Positions 53,301 to 64,000 of a stretch of 64,000 nucleotides of DNA are shown here, piece by piece. The notes below the pieces were generated by a model. The model was not told the DNA's origin. It saw only the letters and a list, made by a program, of their open reading frames with translations, and ran no database searches. The DNA comes from Auanema rhodensis (lineage: Eukaryota > Animalia > Nematoda): contig OZ059897.1 in assembly GCA_964057225.1 (NCBI GenBank), positions 4,650,001 through 4,714,000 of the forward strand. Direction: 5' to 3'. The position numbers were made by a program, and so were the translations under genes. Position 1 is the stretch's first letter. Each line of letters starts with the position of its first letter.

Positions 53301-54780
53301 TCTCGGTGCATTTTTAAGCTAACTCAAATCTGATAACACAGATCAACGCAGCTTAAAAATCCGCATCGAATGCACTATACTACATTGAGAAACGCTCTAT
53401 ACAAAAATTAGTTATTATCGTTTGAAAAATAATGCATTAGTGTATGTTGAGTTCCCATGTACACTCAACATTGCTTCCAAAAACATTTTGACAAAAAATT
53501 TCCCGAAAAATTTCTAAATAATTTCACAAAAAGTAGATGTTTTTAGATTCCTTTTTTCAAGGCGAAGACGATGGACAATGTTATGCAACAAAAAAATCAT
53601 TTCTTCAGGGTTAAAATCGAGGATATAAGTGTGAAAATATATCAGTTGATATCTCGGTGCATTTTTAAGCTAATTCAAATCTGATAACACAGATCAACGC
53701 AGCTTAAAAATCCGCATCGAATGCACTATACTACATTGAGAAACGCTCTATACAAAAATTAGTTATGATCGTTTGAAAAATAATGCATTAGTGTATGTTG
53801 AGTTCCCATGTACACTCAACATTGCTTCCAAAAACATTTTGACAAAAATTTTCCCGAAAAATTTCTAAATAATTTGACAAAAAGTAGATGTTTTTAGATT
53901 TCTTTTTTCAAGACGAAGACATTGGACAATGTTTTTCAACGAAAAAATCATTTCTTCAGGGTGAAAATCGAGGATATAAGTGTGAAACTATATCAGTTGA
54001 TATCTCGGTGCATTTTTAAGCTAACTCAAATCTGATAACACAGATCGACGCAGCTTAAAAATTCGCATCGAATGCACTATACTACATTGAGAAACGCTCT
54101 ATACAAAAATAAGTTATGATCGTTTGAAAAATAATGCATTAGTGTATGTTGAGTTCCCATGTACACTCAACATTGCTTCCAAAAACATTTTGACAAAAAT
54201 TTTCCCGAAAAATTTCTAAATAGTTTCACAAAAAGTAGATGTTTTTAGATTCCTTTTTTCAAGGCGAAGACATTGGATAATGTTTTTCAACGAAAAAATC
54301 ATTTCTTCAGGGTGAAAATCGAGAATATAAGTGTGAACCTATATCAGTTGATATCTCGGTGCATTTTTAAGCTAGCTCAAATCTGATAACACAGATCGAC
54401 GCAGCTTAAAAATCCGCATCGAATGCTTTATACTACATTGAGAAACGCTATTCACAAAAATCAGTTATGATCGTTTGAAAAATAATGCATTAGTGTATGT
54501 TGAGTTCCCATGTACACTCAACATTGCTTCCAAAAACATTTTGACAAAAATTTTCCCGAAAAATTTCTAAATAATTTCACAAAAAGTAGATGTTTTTAGA
54601 TTCCTTTTTTCAAGGCGAAGACGATGGACAATGTTATGCAACAAAAAAATCATTTCTTCAGGGTTAAAATCGAGGATATAAGTGTGAAAATATATCAGTT
54701 GATATCTCGGTGCATTTTTAAGCTAACTCAAATCTGATAACACAGATCGACGCAGCTTAAAAATCCGCATCGAATGCACT
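38015..54780 (-). repeat. Variable-length higher-order repeat: core of about 8 monomers repeated four times at 11-, 14- and 15-monomer spacing
   Basis: ATGCTTTATAC at 40381/44242/49157/54423 and TTTTGATAAA with its G at 38395/42256/47171/52437 both give spacings of 3861, 4915 and 5266 bp. Confidence 0.85.
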
Positions 54781-56599
54781 ATACTACATTGAGAAACGCT
54801 CTATACAAAAATTAGTTATTATCGTTTGAAAAATAATGCATTAGTGTATGTTGAGTTCCCATGTACACTCAACATTGCTTCCAAAAACATTTTGACAAAA
54901 ATTTTCCCGAAAAATTTCTAAATAATTTCACAAAAAGTAGATGTTTTTAGATTCCTTTTTTCAAGGCGAAGACGATGGACAATGTTATGCAACAAAAAAA
55001 TCATTTCTTCAGGGTTAAAATCGAGGATATAAGTGTGAAAATATATCAGTTGATATCTCGGTGCATTTTTAAGCTAATTCAAATCTGATAACACAGATCA
55101 ACGCAGCTTAAAAATCCGCATCGAATGCACTATACTACATTGAGAAACGCTCTATACAAAAATTAGTTATGATCGTTTGAAAAATAATGCATTAGTGTAT
55201 GTTGAGTTCCCATGTACACTCAACATTGCTTCCAAAAACATTTTGACAAAAATTTTCCCGAAAAATTTCTAAATAATTTGACAAAAAGTAGATGTTTTTA
55301 GATTTCTTTTTTCAAGACGAAGACATTGGACAATGTTTTTCAACGAAAAAATCATTTCTTCAGGGTGAAAATCGAGGATATAAGTGTGAAACTATATCAG
55401 TTGATATCTCGGTGCATTTTTAAGCTAACTCAAATCTGATAACACAGATCGACGCAGCTTAAAAATTCGCATCGAATGCACTATACTACATTGAGAAACG
55501 CTCTATACAAAAATAAGTTATGATCGTTTGAAAAATAATGCATTAGTGTATGTTGAGTTCCCATGTACACTCAACATTGCTTCCAAAAACATTTTGACAA
55601 AAATTTTCCCGAAAAATTTCTAAATAATTTCACAAAAAGTAGATGTTTTTAGATTCCTTTTTTCAAGACGAAGACGATGGACAATGTTTTTCAACGAAAA
55701 AATCATTTCTTCAGAGTGAAAATCGAGGATATAAGTGTGAACATATATCAGTTGATATCTCGGTGCATTTTTAAGCTAACTCAAATCTGATAACACAGAT
55801 CAACGCAGCTTAAAAATCCGCATCGAATGCACTATACTACATTGAGAAACGCTCTATACAAAAATTAGTTATTATCGTTTGAAAAATAATGCATTAGTGT
55901 ATGTTGAGTTCCCATGTACACTCAACATTGCTTCCAAAAACATTTTGACAAAAATTTTCCCGAAAAATTTCTAAATAATTTCACAAAAAGTAGATGTTTT
56001 TAGATTTCTTTTTTCAAGACGAAGACATTGGACAATGTTTTTCAACGAAAAAATCATTTCTTCAGGGTGAAAATCGAGGATATAAGTGTGAAACTATATC
56101 AGTTGATATCTCGGTGCATTTTTAAGCTAACTCAAATCTGATAACACAGATCGACGCAGCTTAAAAATTCGCATCGAATGCACTATACTACATTGAGAAA
56201 CGCTCTATACAAAAATAAGTTATGATCGTTTGAAAAATAATGCATTAGTGTATGTTGAGTTCCCATGTACACTCAACATTGCTTCCAAAAACATTTTGAC
56301 AAAAATTTTCCCGAAAAATTTCTAAATAATTTCACAAAAAGTAGATGTTTTTAGATTGCTTTTTTCAAGACGAAGACGATGGACAATGTTTTTCAACGAA
56401 AAAATCATTTCTTCAGAGTGAAAATCGAGGATATAAGTGTGAACATATATCAGTTGATATCTCGGTGCATTTTTAAGCTAACTCAAATCTGATAACACAG
56501 ATCAACGCAGCTTAAAAATCCGCATCGAATGCACTATACTACATTGAGAAACGCTCTATACAAAAATTAGTTATTATCGTTTGAAAAATAATGCATTAG

Positions 56600-59500
56600 T
56601 GTATGTTGAGTTCCCATGTACACTCAACATTGCTTCCAAAAACATTTTGACAAAAATTTTCCCGAAAAATTTCTAAATAATTTCACAAAAAGTAGATGTT
56701 TTTAGATTCCTTTTTTCAAGGCGAAGACGATGGACAATGTTATGCAACAAAAAAATCATTTCTTCAGGGTTAAAATCGAGGATATAAGTGTGAAAATATA
56801 TCAGTTGATATCTCGGTGCATTTTTAAGCTAATTCAAATCTGATAACACAGATCAACGCAGCTTAAAAATCCGCATCGAATGCACTATACTACATTGAGA
56901 AACGCTCTATACAAAAATTAGTTATGATCGTTTGAAAAATAATGCATTAGTGTATGTTGAGTTCCCATGTACACTCAACATTGCTTCCAAAAACATTTTG
57001 ACAAAAATTTTCCCGAAAAATTTCTAAATAATTTGACAAAAAGTAGATGTTTTTAGATTCCTTTTTTCAAGACGAAGACATTGGACAATGTTTTTCAACG
57101 AAAAAATCATTTCTTCAGGGTGAAAATCGAGGATATAAGTGTGAAACTATATCAGTTGATATCTCGGTGCATTTTTAAGCTAACTCAAATCTGATAACAC
57201 AGATCGACGCAGCTTAAAAATTCGCATCGAATGCACTATACTACATTGAGAAACGCTCTATACAAAAATAAGTTATGATCGTTTGAAAAATAATGCATTA
57301 GTGTATGTTGAGTTCCCATGTACACTCAACATTGCTTCCAAAAACATTTTGACAAAAATTTTCCCGAAACATTTCTAAATAATTTCACAAAAAGTAGATG
57401 TTTTTGAATTCCTTTTTTCAAGGCGAAGACATTGGACAATGTTTTTCAACGAAAAAATCATTTCTTCAAGGTGAAAATCGAGGATATAAGTGTGAACATA
57501 TATCAGTTGATATCTCGGTGCATTTTTAAGCTAACTCAAATCTGATAACACAGATCGACGCAGCTTAAAAATCCGCATCGAATGCACTATACTACATTGA
57601 GAAACGCTCTATACAAAAATTAGTTATGATCGTTTGAAAAATAATGCATTAGTGTATGTTGAGTTCCCATGTACACTCAACATTGCTTCCAAAAACATTT
57701 TGACAAAAATTTTCCCGAAAAATTTCTAAATAATTTCACAAAAAGTAGATGTTTTTAGATTTCTTTTATCAAGACGAAGACGATGGACAATGGTTTTCAA
57801 CGAAAAAATCATTTCTTCAGGGTTAAAATCGAGGATATAAGTGTGAAACTATATCAGTTGATATCTCGGTGCATTTTTAAGCTAACTCAAATCTGATAAC
57901 ACAGATCAACGCAGCTTAAAAATTCGCATCGAATGCACTATACTACATTGAGAAACGCTCTATACAAAAATTAGTTATTATCGTTTGAAAAATAATGCAT
58001 TAGTGTATGCTGAGTTCCCATGTACACTCAACATTGCTTCCAAAAACATTTTGACAAAAATTTTCCCGAAAAATTTCTAAATAATTTCACAAAAAGTAAA
58101 TGTTTTTAGATTTCTTTTTTCAAGGCGAAGACATTGGACAATGTTTTTCAACGAAAAAATCATTTCTTCAGGGTGAAAATCGAGGATATAAGTGTGAACA
58201 TATATCAGTTGATATCTCGGTGCATTTTTAAGCTAACTCAAATCTGATAACACAGATCAACGCAGCTTAAAAATCCGCATCGAATGCACTATACTACATT
58301 GAGAAACGCTCTATACAAAAATTAGTTATTATCGTTTGAAAAATAATGCATTAGTGTATGTTGAGTTCCCATGTACACTCAACATTGCTTCCAAAAACAT
58401 TTTGACAAAAATTTTCCCGAAAAATTTCTAAATAATTTCACAAAAAGTAGATGTTTTTAGATTTCTTTTTTCAAAGCGAAGACATTGGACAATGTTTTTC
58501 AACGAAAAAATCATTTCTTCAGGGTGAAAATCGAGGATATAAGTGTGAACATATATCAGTTGATATCTCGGTGCATTTTTAAGCTAACTCAAATCTGATA
58601 ACACAGATCAACGCAGCTTAAAAATCCGCATCGAATGCACTATACTACATTGAGAAACGCTCTATACAAAAATTAGTTATTATCGTTTGAAAAATAATGC
58701 ATTAGTGTATGCTGAGTTCCCATGTACACTCAACATTGCTTCCAAAAACATTTTGACAAAAATTTTCCCGAAAAATTTCTAAATAGTTTCACAAAAAGTA
58801 GATGTTTTTAGATTCCTTTTTTCAAGGCGAAGACATTGGATAATGTTTTTCAACGAAAAAATCATTTCTTCAGGGTGAAAATCGAGAATATAAGTGTGAA
58901 CCTATATCAGTTGATATCTCGGTGCATTTTTAAGCTAGCTCAAATCTGATAACACAGATCGACGCAGCTTAAAAATCCGCATCGAATGCACTATACTACA
59001 TTGAGAAACGCTCTTTACAAAAATTAGTTATGATCGTTTGAAAAATAATGCATTAGTGTATGTTGAGTTCCCATGTACACTCAACATTGCTTCCAAAAAC
59101 ATTTTGACAAAAATTTTCCCGAAAAATTTCTAAATAATTTCACAAAAAGTAGATGTTTTTAGATTTCTTTTATCAAGACGAAGACGATGGACAATGGTTT
59201 TCAACGAAAAAATCATTTCTTCAGGGTTAAAATCGAGGATATAAGTGTGAAACTATATCAGTTGATATCTCGGTGCATTTTTAAGCTAACTCAAATCTGA
59301 TAACACAGATCAACGCAGCTTAAAAATTCGCATCGAATGCACTATACTACATTGAGAAACGCTATTTACAAAAATCAGTTATGATCGTTTGAAAAATAAT
59401 GCATTAGTGTATGTTGAGTTCCCATGTACACTCAACATTGCTTCCAAAAACATTTTGACAAAAATTTTCCCGAAAAATTTCTAAATAATTTCACAAAAAG

Positions 59501-62500
59501 TAGATGTTTTTAGATTCCTTTTTTCAAGGCGAAGACGATGGACAATGTTATGCAACAAAAAAATCATTTCTTCAGGGTTAAAATCGAGGATATAAGTGTG
59601 AAAATATATCAGTTGATATCTCGGTGCATTTTTAAGCTAATTCAAATCTGATAACACAGATCAACGCAGCTTAAAAATCCGCATCGAATGCACTATACTA
59701 CATTGAGAAACGCTCTATACAAAAATTAGTTATGATCGTTTGAAAAATAATGCATTAGTGTATGTTGAGTTCCCATGTACACTCAACATTGCTTCCAAAA
59801 ACATTTTGACAAAAATTTTCCCGAAAAATTTCTAAATAATTTGACAAAAAGTAGATGTTTTTAGATTCCTTTTTTCAAGACGAAGACATTGGACAATGTT
59901 TTTCAACGAAAAAATCATTTCTTCAGGGTGAAAATCGAGGATATAAGTGTGAAACTATATCAGTTGATATCTCGGTGCATTTTTAAGCTAACTCAAATCT
60001 GATAACACAGATCGACGCAGCTTAAAAATTCGCATCGAATGCACTATACTACATTGAGAAACGCTCTATACAAAAATAAGTTATGATCGTTTGAAAAATA
60101 ATGCATTAGTGTATGTTGAGTTCCCATGTACACTCAACATTGCTTCCAAAAACATTTTGACAAAAATTTTCCCGAAACATTTCTAAATAATTTCACAAAA
60201 AGTAGATGTTTTTGAATTCCTTTTTTCAAGGCGAAGACATTGGACAATGTTTTTCAACGAAAAAATCATTTCTTCAAGGTGAAAATCGAGGATATAAGTG
60301 TGAACATATATCAGTTGATATCTCGGTGCATTTTTAAGCTAACTCAAATCTGATAACACAGATCGACGCAGCTTAAAAATCCGCATCGAATGCACTATAC
60401 TACATTGAGAAACGCTCTATACAAAAATTAGTTATGATCGTTTGAAAAATAATGCATTAGTGTATGTTGAGTTCCCATGTACACTCAACATTGCTTCCAA
60501 AAACATTTTGACAAAAATTTTCCCGAAAAATTTCTAAATAATTTCACAAAAAGTAGATGTTTTTAGATTTCTTTTATCAAGACGAAGACGATGGACAATG
60601 GTTTTCAACGAAAAAATCATTTCTTCAGGGTTAAAATCGAGGATATAAGTGTGAAACTATATCAGTTGATATCTCGGTGCATTTTTAAGCTAACTCAAAT
60701 CTGATAACACAGATCAACGCAGCTTAAAAATTCGCATCGAATGCACTATACTACATTGAGACACGCTCTATACAAAAATTAGTTATTATCGTTTGAAAAA
60801 TAATGCATTAGTGTATGCTGAGTTCCCATGTACACTCAACATTGCTTCCAAAAACATTTTGACAAAAATTTTCCCGAAAAATTTCTAAATAATTTCACAA
60901 AAAGTAAATGTTTTTAGATTTCTTTTTTCAAGGCGAAGACATTGGACAATGTTTTTCAACGAAAAAATCATTTCTTCAGGGTGAAAATCGAGGATATAAG
61001 TGTGAACATATATCAGTTGATATCTCGGTGCATTTTTAAGCTAACTCAAATCTGATAACACAGATCAACGCAGCTTAAAAATCCGCATCGAATGCACTAT
61101 ACTACATTGAGAAACGCTCTATACAAAAATTAGTTATTATCGTTTGAAAAATAATGCATTAGTGTATGTTGAGTTCCCATGTACACTCAACATTGCTTCC
61201 AAAAACATTTTGATAAAAATTTTCCCGAAAAATTTCTAAATAATTTCACAAAAAGTAGATGTTTTTAGATTCCTTTTTTCAAGACGAAGACGATGGACAA
61301 TGTTTTTCAACGAAAAAATCATTTCTTCAGAGTGAAAATCGAGGATATAAGTGTGAACATATATCAGTTGATATCTCGGTGCATTTTTAAGCTAACTCAA
61401 ATCTGATAACACAGATCAACGCAGCTTAAAAATCCGCATCGAATGCACTATACTACATTGAGAAACGCTCTATACAAAAATTAGTTATGATCGTTTGAAA
61501 AATAATGCATTAGTGTATGTTGAGTTCCCATGTACACTCAACATTGCTTCCAAAAACATTTTGACAAAAATTTTCCCGAAAAATTTCTAAATAATTTCAC
61601 AAAAAGTAGATGTTTTTAGATTTCTTTTATCAAGACGAAGACGATGGACAATGGTTTTCAACGAAAAAATCATTTCTTCAGGGTTAAAATCGAGGATATA
61701 AGTGTGAAACTATATCAGTTGATATCTCGGTGCATTTTTAAGCTAACTCAAATCTGATAACACAGATCAACGCAGCTTAAAAATTCGCATCGAATGCACT
61801 ATACTACATTGAGACACGCTCTATACAAAAATTAGTTATTATCGTTTGAAAAATAATGCATTAGTGTATGCTGAGTTCCCATGTACACTCAACATTGCTT
61901 CCAAAAACATTTTGACAAAAATTTTCCCGAAAAATTTCTAAATAATTTCACAAAAAGTAAATGTTTTTAGATTTCTTTTTTCAAGGCGAAGACATTGGAC
62001 AATGTTTTTCAACGAAAAAATCATTTCTTCAGGGTGAAAATCGAGGATATAAGTGTGAACATATATCAGTTGATATCTCGGTGCATTTTTAAGCTAACTC
62101 AAATCTGATAACACAGATCAACGCAGCTTAAAAATCCGCATCGAATGCACTATACTACATTGAGAAACGCTCTATACAAAAATTAGTTATTATCGTTTGA
62201 AAAATAATGCATTAGTGTATGTTGAGTTCCCATGTACACTCAACATTGCTTCCAAAAACATTTTGATAAAAATTTTCCCGAAAAATTTCTAAATAATTTC
62301 ACAAAAAGTAGATGTTTTTAGATTCCTTTTTTCAAGACGAAGACGATGGACAATGTTTTTCAACGAAAAAATCATTTCTTCAGAGTGAAAATCGAGGATA
62401 TAAGTGTGAACATATATCAGTTGATATCTCGGTGCATTTTTAAGCTAACTCAAATCTGATAACACAGATCAACGCAGCTTAAAAATCCGCATCGAATGCA
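56600..62500 (-). repeat. Distal higher-order domain with 8-mer/4-mer periodicity and a 3-mer duplication
   Basis: CCCGAAACATTT at 57363 and 60171 (2808 bp); CTTTTATCAAG at 57763/59167/60571/61624 (1404, 1404, 1053 bp); GAGACACGC at 60758 and 61811 (1053 bp). Boundaries are approximate. Confidence 0.8.
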
Positions 62501-64000
62501 CTATACTACATTGAGAAACGCTCTATACAAAAATTAGTTATTATCGTTTGAAAAATAATGCATTAGTGTATGTTGAGTTCCCATGTACACTCAACATTGC
62601 TTCCAAAAACATTTTGACAAAAATTTTCCCGAAAAATTTCTAAATAATTTCACAAAAAGTAGATGTTTTTAGATTCCTTTTTTCAAGGCGAAGACGATGG
62701 ACAATGTTATGCAACAAAAAAATCATTTCTTCAGGGTTAAAATCGAGGATATAAGTGTGAAAATATATCAGTTGATAACTCGGTGCATTTTTAAGCTAAC
62801 TCAAATCTGATAACACAGATCGACGCAGCTTAAAAATCCGCATCGAATGCACTATACTACATTGAGAAACGCTATTCACAAAAATCAGTTATGATCGTTT
62901 GAAAAATAATGCATTAGTGTATGTTGAGTTCCCATGTACACTCAACATTGCTTCCAAAAACATTTTGACAAAAATTTTCCCGAAAAATTTCTAAATAATT
63001 TCACAAAAAGTAGATGTTTTTAGATTCCTTTTTTCAAGACGAAGACGATGGACAATGTTTTTCAACGAAAAAATCATTTCTTCAGGGTGAAAATCGAGGA
63101 TATAAGTGTGAACATATATCAGTTGATATCTCGGTGCATTTTTAAGCTAACTCAAATCTGATAACACAGATCAACGCAGCTTAAAAATCCGCATCGAATG
63201 CACTATACTACATTGAGAAACGCTCTATACAAAAATTAGTTATTATCGTTTGAAAAATAATGCATTAGTGTATGTTGAGTTCCCATGTACACTCAACATT
63301 GCTTCCAAAAACATTTTGACAAAAAATTTCCCGAAAAATTTCTAAATAATTTCACAAAAAGTAGATGTTTTTAGATTCCTTTTTTCAAGGCGAAGACGAT
63401 GGACAATGTTATGCAACAAAAAAATCATTTCTTCAGGGTTAAAATCGAGGATATAAGTGTGAAAATATATCAGTTGATATCTCGGTGCATTTTTAAGCTA
63501 ATTCAAATCTGATAACACAGATCAACGCAGCTTAAAAATCCGCATCGAATGCACTATACTACATTGAGAAACGCTCTATACAAAAATTAGTTATGATCGT
63601 TTGAAAAATAATGCATTAGTGTATGTTGAGTTCCCATGTACACTCAACATTGCTTCCAAAAACATTTTGACAAAAATTTTCCCGAAAAATTTCTAAATAA
63701 TTTGACAAAAAGTAGATGTTTTTAGATTTCTTTTTTCAAGACGAAGACATTGGACAATGTTTTTCAACGAAAAAATCATTTCTTCAGGGTGAAAATCGAG
63801 GATATAAGTGTGAAACTATATCAGTTGATATCTCGGTGCATTTTTAAGCTAACTCAAATCTGATAACACAGATCGACGCAGCTTAAAAATTCGCATCGAA
63901 TGCACTATACTACATTGAGAAACGCTCTATACAAAAATAAGTTATGATCGTTTGAAAAATAATGCATTAGTGTATGTTGAGTTCCCATGTACACTCAACA

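Larger units (their letters stand above)
33803..64000 (-). repeat. Same 351-bp satellite in inverted orientation (86 monomers + 10 bp; open at window end)
   Basis: ACACTCAACATTGCTTCC (reverse complement of GGAAGCAATGTTGAGTGT) recurs at 33803, 34154, 34505 and on to 63991. The span of 30188 equals 86x351+2, and the +2 comes from single-A gains near 44751 and 49666. Confidence 0.99.

Noticed and set aside
1-64000. CRISPR array or other repeat-spacer system
   Set aside because: The entire 351 bp is repeated with no unique spacers, leader or cas genes.
33803-64000. Fold-back chimeric read or assembly artefact as the cause of the inversion
   Set aside because: The right arm does not mirror the left arm's variants or indels. 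A misjoin of two real arrays still needs excluding with spanning reads.

Overview
The whole window is one AT-rich tandem satellite DNA family (about 32% GC) with a 351-bp monomer and about 182.5 copies. I see no genes, RNA genes, transposons or unique sequence; the six short ORFs are by-products of the repeat. Bases 1-33803 hold 96 full monomers plus 171 bp on the + strand. At 33803 the array flips with no spacer, and 33803-64000 holds 86 monomers plus 10 bp in reverse complement. The two arms carry different diagnostic variants, so the right arm is not a mirror copy of the left. Both arms contain local higher-order repeats: 3-, 5- and 6-mers on the left, and 6-, 11/14/15-, 8/4- and 3-mers on the right. 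There are several repair scars: a 13-bp deletion, a 141-bp deletion, and a 41-bp insertion with a locally templated filler present in two tandem copies. Two short clusters of substitutions look like conversion tracts. Each monomer contains a 51-bp dyad. The pattern fits eukaryotic centromeric or pericentromeric heterochromatin, but neither the organism nor centromere function can be established from this sequence. I found no protein-coding biological system; the interest lies in the array's architecture and repair history.
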